A stretch of DNA of 64,000 nt, taken from positions 177,940,001-178,004,000 of the forward strand of contig OZ024742.1 in assembly GCA_964016885.1 (NCBI GenBank), read 5' to 3'. The position numbers and the translations under genes are program-made. The DNA comes from Eledone cirrhosa. Taxonomy: Eukaryota. The notes below the pieces were generated by a model that saw nothing but the letters and a program-made list of their open reading frames with translations, was not told the origin of the DNA and ran no database searches. This document shows, in pieces, positions 1 through 13,414 of the stretch (positions are counted from its first letter, which is position 1; each line of letters starts with the position of its first letter).

Positions 1-59
1 GGTCGGTGTCAAGACATGCACAGCAAACATATTGTGAGTTGTCATTGATTTATTGTGCG

Positions 60-1050
60 TGGGGATTTCAGATGATCATATTTTCTTAATCGGGTGTATT
101 ATTCCCTGGTTACCCGTTCCTTGTTACAGATACCATCATAGGATGTATTCTCATCTATCCCTAGCTATCTATAGCAACAGGTTAGCCATTGATAAAAACG
201 TTACTAGCTTGGCTTGTAGTTTTTACCCGCTTTACAGTCATATATGAACATTTATCCTGGCCAAATTCCATTCCTTTTTGCTTCATCATATATATATATC
301 CTTGGGATAGAGTTTCAGGTCATCTACAAGGATATTATGGGTTATATTTGTATTTCTGTCCTCGTGTGAGCCAATTATGTATTCTTCACATTTCTTGAGC
401 AGAAAGGACAAGGGGTTTAATGACTGAATAAATAATAGGATAGAGAGTATATCTCCTTGAAAAATACGACTGTGATATTCTATGTTATTAGTGATAATAT
501 AGTCCTCCTTCTCTGATTTTAAGTTTAGGATAGTAGCCCAAGAAGAAGACAGCTTCTCATAAGGCTCTGATAATAGTGTCTGGGATTTTAGCAAATCGGA
601 AGGCCTCTATCATCCAAGAGTGGGGAACAGAATCAAATTCTTTCCTGTAGTCCAGCCGGGCTGTAACCATATCCCTCCTATGTTGCCGCACATCTGACAT
701 CGCGGTTTTTTTAATTAGGTGTTGTTCAGCACATGCCCAGCGACTTGCTCATCTTTGGGGATGTTATTACTGTCGCAGTGATCTACGAGAAATAGGTTCA
801 GACAGGCTGTATACATGTTATACATTAGCTTCTGGCATTCTGTAGCTTTTTTGCCAAGTTGATATTTTGTATCTTGGGGACCAGTATTGTTTGTGCTAAT
901 GTCAACCACACTGGTATATGTACATCTCCCTTCAGAGCTTGCTACTAGATTTTGATAAGATGTATCCATAAAATGTCAGTTTATTGCACCAGTAGCCGAC
1001 AATCAATTTTTATCTTGTCTCATCAGTGACATTTATTACTTTGCCCTTCA
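60..1050 (-). pseudogene. Degenerate R4/Dong-type non-LTR retrotransposon RT fragment
   Basis: ORF 286..594 contains IFQGDILSILLF and VDDLKLY (RT domains 4/5). The minus strand also reads DYRKEFDSVPHSW near 610-655 and Y.*LGIDEN near 140-170. Several stops and frameshifts; ends approximate. Confidence 0.8.
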
Positions 1051-1235
1051 TATCTCTATGTATGCAATACATGCATGTATGTATGTATTTATCCATGTAT
1101 GGTGTGAACGTATGTATATCTATAAATATGTGTGTAAATTATGCTAGAGTGTTTGTCTATTGATCTGATATCTGTACACACAAGTAAATTTACTCACATG
1201 GATATATATATATGTAGGCCTGTATGTAGGCATAG

Positions 1236-1395
1236 TCGGACGCCATGCTTTCTAGCATAGTTACGTCCCTTTACGGTCTGAGTTCAAATCCCGCCGAGGT
1301 TTACTTTGCCGTTCATCCTTACGCGGTCGATAAAATAAAGTACCAGTAATGCACTGGGTAATTGGTGGCCTTGTGCCTAAAGTAGAAACAATTAT
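1236..1395 (+). mobile_element. tRNA-derived SINE, 5'-truncated (Deu/Nin-domain-like core)
   Basis: B-box GAGTTCAAATCCC, core CCGTTCATCCTTACGCGGTCGATAAAATAAAGTACCAG, 3' end GGCCTTGTGCCTAAAGTAGAAACAATTAT. More than 10 related copies in the window. Confidence 0.85.
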
Positions 1396-1404
1396 ATATA
1401 CAAG

Positions 1405-2185
<781 letters not shown>

Positions 2186-2510
2186 TGATGGCTGTCCCCT
2201 CGTTATCGAGTATGGCCATTGCACAATATACCATTATCAATATTGCAATGCCGTTGCGTGAAGATTCTTTTTTTAAAGTGAGGAAAGACTGTGCACTGAG
2301 CCAATCCCACGTTCTGAGCGACAGTAACTATAACCCGAAAAGAAGAAAAGATCAACATCATCGGTAACTACTGAGCCGCAGGTTTTATATCGGAGTTATC
2401 CCAGTTTCCTGAGTTATCCTTCTCCAAGAGGAATGCCCTGACAAAGGCTAGGTGTCCTTCACTCCCAGTGGTTTAACCGAGCGATTGGGTGTCCAGCCCG
2501 ACTATTTCTA
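2186..2510 (-). mobile_element. Probable RTE-clade LINE 5' UTR fragment
   Basis: Minus strand contains ...CAGGGCATTCCTCTTGGAGAAGGATAACTC..., which resembles from memory the GGAGAAGGAAAACTC motif of RTE 5' regions. Flanked by microsatellites. Confidence 0.45.
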
Positions 2511-2709
2511 TGTCCCCGCCCATATACATACACATGCACCCATGCATATACACATATAAATATACATACATATAAATATATATACATGTGTATGTACATA
2601 TTTACATACTTTTGGATGGCCGTTGACTCTTATGAGTTCTTCCGCCCATACAGACATACATACATACATACATACATACATACATACATACATACATACA
2701 TACATACAT

Positions 2710-3170
2710 GTAAACGTTGTCAGAAAAATACAGGAGAAGGAGGACATGTACGGACCATTGATGAGGAGTTTGCAAATCCAGTATCCAAGATATAACTTTA
2801 GCTTCATACCCATCATTATTGGAGCTACGGGTGGATTGGCAGTATCGGTAGAGGGTCGGACGCCATGCTTTCCAGCATAGTTACGTCCCTTTACGATCTG
2901 AGTTCAAATCCCGCCGAGGTTGACTTTGCCTTTCATCCTTCTGGGGTCGATAAAATAAAGTACCAGTAAAGCACTGGGTAATTGCTGGCCTTGTGCCTAA
3001 AGTAGAAAAAATTATTGGAGCTACGGGTTATATACCAGCCCGCTTGGACCAAAGTATGACTGAACTTGGATTTGCGGACAAAAATCGCAGCTCCCTAATT
3101 CAGTCTGCAAATGGCTGCGATTGCTGGCACCTTCAAAATTTGCAAAATTTGCGATTCAAGGGATGACAAT
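2710..3170 (+). pseudogene. C-terminal REL-endonuclease fragment of an R4-type LINE, interrupted by a SINE
   Basis: NVVRKIQEKEDMYGPLMRSLQIQYPRYNFSFIPIIIGATG, compared with IPIVIGALG in the intact R4 ORF at 39063. Resumes after the SINE. Confidence 0.7.
2833..3010 (+). mobile_element. Full-length tRNA-derived SINE with 18-bp TSD
   Basis: A-box TGGCAGTATCGG and B-box GAGTTCAAATCCC. Direct repeat ATTATTGGAGCTACGGGT at 2815-2832 and 3011-3028. Confidence 0.92.
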
Positions 3171-3242
3171 TTCTTTTCTTTTACAATATATATATATATG
3201 TATGTATATATATATATACATATATATATACATACATACATA

Positions 3243-3337
<95 letters not shown>

Positions 3338-4589
3338 ATATATATATATATATATTGTTATACTTTGGGAGGGTCATGTTGCCAATAAGAAACACACGCA
3401 CCAGTTGCTTTCACTTCAATTTATTATAATAAATTTATAAATTTCTGCTTGGTTGGTTGGTTCCACAACCAGATAGTTGTTTATATATTGTCAAAGTTCT
3501 TTCGTTACACATTCTGTGACCACTTCAGTGACTGGGATTCTTTTCTTTGTTTTTGTGCCTCTCCTTTGTTCTGTCCTACGCCATCTTGTTTCTGTGTGTG
3601 TGTTGAGTGCTCAGTCTGCGCATGCGCCACATCCAGGTGTCTGTGTGTGTTTATATTCGTTTATTTATTTGTTTATTTACATGTTACAGGTTGGTTGTTT
3701 GTTCTATGTGCGTGTGTGTTTTCATTTTGTCCTTAATTGTAAGTTGTGATGTTGCTGTTCCACTCATATTTTCTATTTAATTTTGGTTGTAATTCTTTTA
3801 TGTTTATTGCCTCTGTGATTTGTCTAAACATTGCGTCTTTTCTGTGTGTAGATTCTATTTTTATTTCTATGTTCTTTAATTTACCCTTATGTTCTATTTT
3901 AGCATGTTGGTAGAGTACAGATAATTCTTTACTATGTTGAAGGTCTCGCCAGTGTTCATTTATCCGTTCCCCTACACTACGTGCTGTCTCACCTATGTAC
4001 ACTATATTTTTGTCTCTACATTGTCCTTCAGTACATCTTATGCTATATACTACATCTCTAGTTTTACAGTTAATATGGGGGCTTAATTTACAGGTTATAC
4101 ATTTCTTATCTATACAGGGGGGTCTTTGAAAACAAAAGTAACAACATACGCACACACATATACAACACACATCCCAACAACAACAGACACACAGACACAA
4201 ACAACAATAACAACAACACACATATCAACAATAATAACATACTCAGAAACAACAACAACAGACACGCAGACACAAACAACAATAACAACACACACAACAA
4301 TAATAACACACACGGAGACAACAACAACAACACACATCGACAACAGCACACATCAACAACAACAACAACAACACACACACATTCAATGCTTCTCACCACC
4401 ACCACAATCTTAACAAACACACAGACACAGAAAACAGGTAATGGCAGTAGCACAGAAATAAGGGAAAGTAATAGGATTGAAAGGAGAAGGGAGACTATGG
4501 ACAGATAAAATAACCAAGACGAACACACAGACACACAAAATAGAGAAGATAATAACAATGAGCCAGAGAAAAGAGACATAGAAACAACC

Positions 4590-7024
4590 ATGAGGCTGTT
4601 GGTGGAAATAGAAATAGAAACAACACAACTAACAAATAACAATAGCACTAGTACACATAAAGCAGCAGCCTGGAACTCTACTTTTTATAATCCCTCCGAT
4701 AAGTCGTTCGACCTGCGACGAGTTCACGCCACGACTTTACCTTTTAACAAACGCACGCAGTTGCCGTCGCAGGTCGATGAACAAACAGAAGCACAATTTA
4801 GTATAGCTAGGTCTAAACTTAGAAATATTATAGAACACTATAGCAAGAAGCATAATAAAATGGAGGCCCAGCAACTGGGAGAAAAATCTGCAAATGGCTT
4901 GCGTAAGCTCATGCAGCGCTCGCGTAATGGAGAGATAGCATGCTTTCCAACAGACAAGACTGGCAGAATGTCGGTTGACAGTCTGCCAAACTACATCTAG
5001 GCAATGCAACCCCACATCACTAACACAAGAGAAGTAACACCACAAGAGCATGAAGATAGAGAAAAAGCCCTCAATGCCCATATGGTGATGTGGACAAATA
5101 TAATGCAGCCCAACAAAAGGACTGCCAACAACTTCCAGGACTGGAACAATGACGTGCCAGCGTTGTATGGGCTTCGAAAAGACCATAAAACGGGCAGTGA
5201 CCCTGTCACGGGACCACCAACACGACCAGTCTGTGGAGCTAACATTGCCAGTAACTACAGACTGTCCTACTTCTTCTCCCTGATCGTACGCCCCATCATT
5301 GAAATGTCCCCAGATGTATGTGACAGCACGGAGGACCTCCTCATCAGAATCGACGAGAGTAACCGATCTAGGGACCTAACAAACTGCATAATAGGTAGTA
5401 TGGATGTTGTGTCCCTGTATCCATCTATTGACGTGGATTTTGCTGTGGAGAAATGCGTAGAAATGATCAGTGAGTGTAATGTTGAGTTCTGTGGGATTGA
5501 TACCAGTGAGCTGGGACTCCTACTTAAACTTATAGTAATAATTACCTAGACACATATGACCTTAGCAACCTGTGCCCTACAAGACCAGCAAGAGGCAGAC
5601 CACCTACCATTACCTCAATGGCCAAGAAAACCCACACAGATAGATGGAACGGGTGGATCAGAGCCATACGGACACCCGAAAACCACGATGAACTACAGAA
5701 AATGATTGCACATGCGGTGGGGGCCAGCATAAAATTAACCCTTAAGGAACATATGTTCAAATTTAATGGAAAAACATATGCCCAAGAGGAAGGAGCAGCC
5801 ATTGGTGTTAGCATTGCAGGAGACATAGCTAACTTCTTCATGTTATGGTGAGACAGTAGACTTAAATTTAAACTTAAAGAACAATTAGAACACCCCTTAA
5901 CCCTGTTAATGTACTCCCGCTACGTTGATGATACAAACATCGTAGTTAAAACACCCCCACTAGAGAACAGTCAGGAATTAGAGAAAAACACAATGGAAAG
6001 CATCCATCAAATAGCAAACTCCATCCACCAGAGTATTAGAGTTACTATAGACTACCCAAGTAAACACCCCAACCATCGATTACATGTACTAGACACAGAG
6101 CTCTGGTTAGATACCATTAATAACAAAAAACAAATCCTCCATTCCCATTAGGCCAAACCCAGGACTTCCAAATATCTGATCCACCGAAACTCAGCTGTTT
6201 CGGACCATACCAAAATCAACATACTGATTGCGGATTTGGTACGGGTGATGAGAAACGTGTCCCGCATGTGCAACCCCGAAGAACTAGAGAGACACATACA
6301 ACACTTCATCCACCGTATGCAGTTCTCTGGTTACAATCAGAGAGATAAAATCAGAGTGTATAGAGGAGCCAGAAGCAAATGGGAAAAAATGGTAAATAAT
6401 GACACAAATGGGACCTGCCACTTGTATAGGAGCAAATTTTGGAATAGAACAGAAATAACTAGGAATAAGGCTAATAGAATAAACTCATGGTATGATAGCA
6501 ATAAATACCAGAGTGTAATGTTCATCGATACAACCCCTAGAGGTGAATTAGCTTACAAATTTAGAAGGGCCCTAGATAAACATAAACTCAATATTAAGAT
6601 AGTAGAAAGACCAGGTATCTCCATAAAAACACTTATTAGCAAGACATACCCTTTTCAAAAACCCCCCTGTATAGATAAGAAATGTATAACCTGTAAATTA
6701 AGCCCCCATATTAACTGTAAAACTAGAAATGTAGTATATAGCATAAGATGTACTGAAGGACAATGTAGAGATAAAAATATAGTGTACATAGGTGAGACAG
6801 CACGTAGTGTAGGGGAACGGATAAATGAACACTGGCGAGACCTTCAACATAGTAAAGAATCATCTGTAATCTACCAACATGCTAAAATAGAACATAAGGG
6901 TAAATTAGAGAACATAGAAATAAAAATAGAATCTACACACAGAAAAGACGCAATGTTTAGACAAATCACAGAGGCAATAAACATAAAAGAATTACAACCA
7001 AAATTAAATAGAAAGCATGAGTAG
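4590..7024 (+). pseudogene. Penelope RT + GIY-YIG endonuclease ORF, disrupted
   Basis: TDKTG, LYGLRKDHK, RPVC, SMDVVSLYPSI, GAAIG, RYVDD (RT); Cys-rich linker, VVYSIRC, YIGETAR, R..EH, EAINI, LNRK (GIY-YIG). Stops at ~4998, 5849 and 6149, frameshift at ~5545. Confidence 0.9.
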
Positions 7025-7244
7025 AACAGCAACATCACAACTTACAATTAAGGACAAAATGAAAACACACGCACATAGAACAAACAACCAACCTGTAACA
7101 TGTAAATAAACAAATAAATAAACGAATACACACAGACACCCGAATGTGGCGCATGAGCAGACTGAGCAATCAACACACACACAGAAACAAGATGGCGTAG
7201 GACAGAACAAAGGAGAGGCACAAAAACAAAGAAAAGAATCCCCA

Positions 7245-7287
7245 GTCACTGAAGAGGTCACAGAATGTGTGACGAAAGAACTTTGAC
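7245..7287 (+). ncRNA. Minimal type I hammerhead-like fold in the Penelope-1 pLTR
   Basis: GUCA-CUGAAGA-G-GUCACA gaaug... UGUGAC-GAAA-GAAC-UU^UGAC. Stem I GUCA/UGAC, stem II GUCACA/UGUGAC with an extra G, very short stem III. The inverted copy (~3490-3532) has the core mutated to CUGAAGU. Confidence 0.6.
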
Positions 7288-7490
7288 AATATATAAACAA
7301 CTATCTGGTTGTGGAACCAACCAACCAGAAATTTATAAATTCCTAAATTTATGAATTTATTATAATAAATTGAAATGAAAGCATGGGTGCGTGTGTTTCT
7401 TATTGGCAACATGACCCTCCCAAAGTATAACAATATCGGTTTCAACACACGTTTTCAGATAAAGAATCTTGCTAAACAAATTCAGAAACG

Positions 7491-7531
<41 letters not shown>

Positions 7532-8169
7532 AAAAAATGGGGAGAAGAATACTGCAGGTTGCACATGGATAACATGTTATAAAATGAGTCCCTCATCAGT
7601 GATTTGCCCAATGATCATAGATATTTCATTGCATTAAAAATCATATACCTCACATTGGTGCAATAATAACTAAATTAAGTTATTAGGACAATTAAAACGC
7701 GTAAAGCGAGTGAGACAAGTAACAACAAAGAGGAAAGCTAACCGTAGATAGGAAGGGCACAAGCTACATAGTTATTCTGTCAGCATAAGCTGGGTGAATA
7801 TATGAGCGCGTAGAAAAAAAAAAAATATATATATATATACATATATATGTATATAAATATATAAAAATGTAAGTCCAAAGAATCATTAGATAAAATATAT
7901 ACAGTCTTTCCTCTCCCAATCAGCATAAATCAACCACACAAAAAAATCATTTAAACAAGGCTATAAGTTTAAAATATACTTATGAAGAAAGAATAGACAA
8001 ATGATATAGCTTCTTTTCCGCGATGTCCAGCCATATGATATTTACCTAATAGTCCTTCTAGCCTGTAGAAATTGACTAGACATATAGTTAACTACACGGA
8101 ATTAGGTACAAAATCGAAATTAGAAGAAAAAATGTACATAAACTTTACCAGAATCTTCAATATATATAG

Positions 8170-8918
8170 TTTTGGCGACAAATTCAGTGAAGGAGGCAGA
8201 GGATTTGATGCAGGAGGTTGAGATTGTGTCGATGAGTGTGGGGCTGAGAATGAATGAGACTAAAACAAAATATCTGGTAGAGAATGTTAAGAAGCCAGAG
8301 GGGATCACTAATGTAGGCGGGAAGCCGCTAGAATTGGTTGAGAACTTCCTGTATTTGGGAGCAAAGATTGGGAATACAGAAGATGATGTGGTTGAGAGGA
8401 ATGGCAAAGCCTGGGCGGCGTGCCACGGATTGAGATCGGTGTGGAAGTCGGACCTTCGTAAAGACCTGAAAATCCGCCTCTTCATTGCTGTAGTGGTGTA
8501 TGTGCTGCTGTACGGGTCTGAGACATGGACACTGACCAAGAAACCCACTCAGATGGTGGATGGGTGCTACACGAAAATGCTGAGGATGGCTCTGAACATT
8601 AATGAGTATACACTGAGGATGAAAAACTCAGAACTGTATGGGAACCTCCCAAACGTCAGCTCAAAAGTGACACAGAGTAGACGGAGACTGAGGCTAGCTG
8701 GACATGCTCACCGACATCCAGAGATGACATTGCACTCAGTGCTCCTGTGGGAGACCCTACATGGACACACTGGAAGAGGAAGATCAAGGTTAACGTAAGG
8801 TGATGCCCTAAAGACAGACACTGGTCTGTTGGAGACGCAGGACATGGCAGCGATAATGAGGAACAGAGACCGCTGGAGAGAACTCGTCCATGGATCTCGG
8901 GAATTTGACCCGCCCTAG
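8170..8918 (+). mobile_element. 5'-truncated RTE-clade LINE (RT C-terminus)
   Basis: [37 protein letters not shown]. Ends in (TA)n. Homologous to the copies at 26.8-28.5 kb. Confidence 0.88.
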
Positions 8919-8959
<41 letters not shown>

Positions 8960-8964
<5 letters not shown>

Positions 8965-9520
8965 TTAAACAATGAAATAAAAAATCAAGTCATTAGAGAT
9001 ATACTTCACTGCATTACGATCGTTTCTAGATGATGATAATACATTGTAGCTATACTAAGTAATTGATCTATGTAAGGTTATTTACAAACTATCAGATAAA
9101 GAAAATATTTACTTACATGCATATCACCAGCTGTTTTCAAAAGCGATAATTATTTTATTCAATAATGATTTCATTCAGAATTAGTAGTATCATGTCCTTA
9201 TTTGGAGGTAATTGAAGAACTAACGAATCAAATTGTTTTTTCATATGAACAGTAATATACTTTAGTTGAGGTCATGACCCTTTGAAAGGAATGGTTGAAG
9301 GGTGTTATTAGTGGATTTGGCATAAAAATCTATTAGGAGGGAAGAGATTGTCAAACTGATAGTTGAATATATCTGGTATAGTGAATTTAAAAGGAATGTC
9401 AAAATAAATGGTGATTAGTGTTGTATTGAGTTTTAAGGTTATGGCTAAGAAAGATAGTATATTAAAAGATGAAAATTATAATAAGATAATGAAATACAGT
9501 AATGCGATAATATACAAATT
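8960..9520 (-). mobile_element. Highly degenerate Penelope-like remnant with an eroded HHR
   Basis: Minus-strand FDIPFKF and FDNLFPPN resemble FNPPFNL and DKNFPLG in Penelope-2. GAAA-CGAUCG-UA (HHR 3' half) at ~9013-9026. Confidence 0.4.
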
Positions 9521-9848
9521 AAACAACACAATATAGTACTGTGTGGTAAATTACATTTAGTATAATATATCATATGATACGCTCTAAAATACTATCAAGT
9601 ATGTTAATGCATAAATAATCAAACTCAGATAAATACATGTTGGCATAGATAAAACACATAAGTTTCATAGATTACAAAGTGCATATACCCACACTATATA
9701 GAGAGAGAGGTACAGGTAAATTGATATCTAACCACAAATATACATACGCACAAATAGATGCAAATCTAAATACACATTTACACGTATGCATATAATCATA
9801 TACATATATATACATACGTATCTATATTCACACATACACATCTATACC

Positions 9849-9895
<47 letters not shown>

Positions 9896-9896
9896 T

Positions 9897-9942
<46 letters not shown>

Positions 9943-10069
9943 CACACACACATACATATATACATATATATACAAATATAAATATATATATATATAGTAC
10001 ATTATGAAGAGAGAAAAAACATTAGATATAATTAGTAATAAGATGTATCATACCTAAACTGCTTCTAAT

Positions 10070-10159
10070 TCCTCGACTACGTAGTTTCGTGGCATAATCA
10101 AAAACAATACATCACAGAGATATAGAATTTTTGTGAAGTCTGCTGACTTATCAAGAGGA
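10070..10159 (-). ncRNA. Type I hammerhead ribozyme, U3-A8 core variant
   Basis: UCCUC-UUGAUAA-GUCAGCA...UGCCAC-GAAA-CUACGUAG-UC^GAGGA. Stem I UCCUC/GAGGA, perfect palindrome ACUACGUAGU in stem III, GUC triplet. Lies in a ~330-bp non-coding island between microsatellites. Confidence 0.72.
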
Positions 10160-10395
10160 TACCTCATTAAGGGTTTCAAAACACGTCTGTAAGATGCGAG
10201 ATAGAATCCCAAAAGGCGGAGGGGGAGTCAATCACGTGATACAGCGGTCAAGAAACAGAGCTAAGCCTCTTATAACCCTGAAAAAAACCACGGAGGCGGA
10301 GGGGGTATTTATATCGAGGCCGTAGACTCAAGGATAGATGTGGATATATTCATGTATATGTGTGTGTCCGCATGTATCTGTGTGTTTCTCTATAT

Positions 10396-10451
<56 letters not shown>

Positions 10452-10571
10452 CATATACATATATATATACATACACATACACACACATATATATATATAT
10501 ATATATACATGTGTGAGTATATGTACACTCCTCATACATGTGCACATACTCATATATAAATACTCACATAT

Positions 10572-10608
<37 letters not shown>

Positions 10609-10740
10609 CATGTGTGAGTATATGTACACTCCTCATACATGTGCACATACTCATATATAAATACTCACATATACACACACACACACACACACATACATAT
10701 ACAAGCATATATATATACACATATACATATACATACATAT

Positions 10741-10829
<89 letters not shown>

Positions 10830-11084
10830 CACACACATAAATATATTTCCATATCATACATAGATATATATTTACTCATGCAATTACGGGTGGTTGTGTA
10901 TCTTGTTGCCTTTAGTCATTAACGCATAAATCTAAGGAAGCTAAAACATTAAAAGGCAAAAGATAAGTATGAATGCATATAATTAGGGGAAAGAGGTACT
11001 AATAAATGTTACTCTATATGGAATTATAGTGAGTTGCTATTTATAATATTTAATTAGGTTTATAGTATTTAATTAGGTTTTTAG

Positions 11085-11470
11085 TATTTAAATGTTTTTC
11101 GTATACCGTGATTACAAAATATGATCAATTCCTGTCTTTTATTTAATAAATCGTCCTTAGATTTAGTAATTTCCAAGATCTCCCCTGAACATAATCTGTA
11201 TTCCCTCCTGTTCCCAAGATATGGAGTTCTTTGTAGAATGGTGTTCCACGATAACTTGAAATCTATTTTTTTTCTTTTTATAATTATTTACCGCTTCAGC
11301 TAAAGATGTGGTGTTAGCTAGTTTAGTATTGTTGAAACTACTTGAGTGTGGGTAAAATCTTGTCTTAAATGTGTTTGATGTAGATCGTATATATGTTTTG
11401 TTGGAGTCTGTAGTAGACAGTGCATTTATATATTACATTATTAATCACATTGTTTTAACCTATATCATGA
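11085..11470 (-). pseudogene. Degenerate Penelope (Naiad-like) GIY-YIG fragment
   Basis: Manual translation gives VIYKCTV, KTYIRSTSNTFKTRFYPHSSSFNNTKLANTTSL and LLNKRQELIIFCNH, aligning with VIYSCTV, YVGSTSNCFKIRYNSH and LLNKKSEVFATCQH of Penelope-2. Confidence 0.75.
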
Positions 11471-11568
11471 CTTTGTTTTCCTTTTAATGTTTTATTGTTT
11501 TTCCGAGATTATGGATTACATCTAGTTCTTCATGCAGAATAGACCCCACAACTTACTGTGGATACCTC

Positions 11569-11747
<179 letters not shown>

Positions 11748-11968
11748 TATATATAAACATATATACATATTTGTTTGTTTTTTTGTTTTTTGTTGAATCA
11801 CCAGGTCTGATGATGTTGGTGTTGGGTCCATAGCTTCCATAGGGGATCCTGAGTTAATCATCAGTGAAACGTACATAACAGGTCTTTAATCAATGTAAAC
11901 GAAACCACAACGTTTTTTTCTTACAGCGTGCATATATGAGGAATGTTTGACTCACACGCACACGCACG

Positions 11969-12056
<88 letters not shown>

Positions 12057-12160
12057 TATAACGTAGGAGTTGTGGTAAGGAACCAGATGGACCATAATGC
12101 ACCAGAGTACTCAATACTTAGTGTAGTAGAGTGGGTAATAGGAGAAAGTATATATATATA

Positions 12161-12494
12161 GTCAGGAAAGCAGAAAATTGTCTATTGTAATGCAATTCGG
12201 TTTCCAACGTACGGTTAGGGGTAATTCCACAAGTTTGCAAGAATGTGGTTAGTAAATCGTGTTCAATCTTAGAGTATAAAGAATAAGAGAGAAAACACAG
12301 GTAAGTATTTAAAAAAGGATTTTATCCAGGTATTTACGACCTGTTTTCATTATTTTGAAGATTTGGAGGTGAATAACAGTTATTATCGAGTGGCTGCTAT
12401 TTGCAGTATAGCGATATAAGGTTGCGCGGTCGTAAATACATGGATAAAATCCCTTATTTAATGCTTACCTGTGTTTTCTCTCTTATTTTATACT
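12161..12494. repeat. Asymmetric hairpin element (~68-bp inverted arms plus ~110-bp one-sided extension)
   Basis: 12273-12341 (AGTATAAAGAATAAGAGAGAAAACACAGGTAAG...TTTACGACC) is an imperfect reverse complement of 12428-12494. Confidence 0.7.
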
Positions 12495-13414
12495 AGCTGA
12501 GCTACCCGGTGATACCCGGGTATTTTATGAAAGTTACACTATATTTGGCACACATTACAAAATATTTGACCATTCAAATATGATTGCTGAATTTTAACCA
12601 AAGTAGGAATATAGCAGAATATTTATTGCCGTTTGGTCAAAGTAAATCATCTAGATAAAAATATTAGTTTTTTTCCAGTGGTAATTTTTTTAATACTGCA
12701 CCCTATTAGAGTCAGCATATATATCATTAGGTATGTTGTCAGTGAAAAGGGAATGACAAATAAAATACATTTAGATTTTTTTTATTTATCCGTTTCTTTC
12801 TTCTTTTTTTGCTCAATCTGAACCTCTGAAATTCAAAAAACCTGTAAAGACTATTTTAAAAACCATAAATAAAATAAGAAAATAAATTTAGCATTGGTTT
12901 ATGAATGAATGAAGCATTTACTTACTCATTTCTGTAATTCGGAGAAAGTGTTTTTAAATGTGTACACTAGCTTTCACCATTCTTTGCTTCTAGTAGGATC
13001 TTGTTAGAGGGAGATTTGTTTTCTATTTCTATTAGCTATACCAACAGGTATAGTAGCTCACATGACATACATAGATACATACATACACATGTATGTGTGT
13101 AAGACAGTTGTTTGTGATTTGAAATGGATTTTGCTAATATTTCTAGTAGATCGAGTTAATCACATTCAACCGTTCCTTTTTGTTTCATACATATATACAT
13201 ACCTGAGAAAGTAAGTTGGGATTTGAAGGAAATTTGGCTGCTATTTCTACACGACAAAGTCCTCACTTATACTACTTTATATAGCAGAGATAATCGGGAA
13301 TGCCTGCATATTCTTCCAAAGCAACATCATGCAGTAAATATGCGGCTTCAGAATTCTTTGCAAACTACATGACCAAGGAATTAGGATCTGTGTGTATTGT
13401 CATTGAATGAGAAA

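Larger units (their letters stand above)
3352..7493 (+). mobile_element. Penelope-like element 1 (Neptune-like), with an inverted 3' copy (pLTR) at its 5' side
   Basis: 3352-4132 is the reverse complement of ~6652-7436. Internal RT + GIY-YIG ORF. Both ends abut (TA)n. Confidence 0.9.

Noticed and set aside
2833-2915. tRNA genes at SINE heads
   Set aside because: A and B boxes are present but there is no complete cloverleaf, and they are always fused to the SINE core and tail.
5849-5851. In-frame TGA in Penelope-1 as selenocysteine or readthrough
   Set aside because: The context LW*D fits a TGG-to-TGA mutation, and the same ORF also has TAG stops and a frameshift.
11802-11883. Functional hammerhead (CUGAUGA...GAAACGUACAUA)
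   Set aside because: Stems I and III are mismatched, so it is counted only as an eroded remnant. The same applies to ~9011-9098 and the half motif at ~7592.
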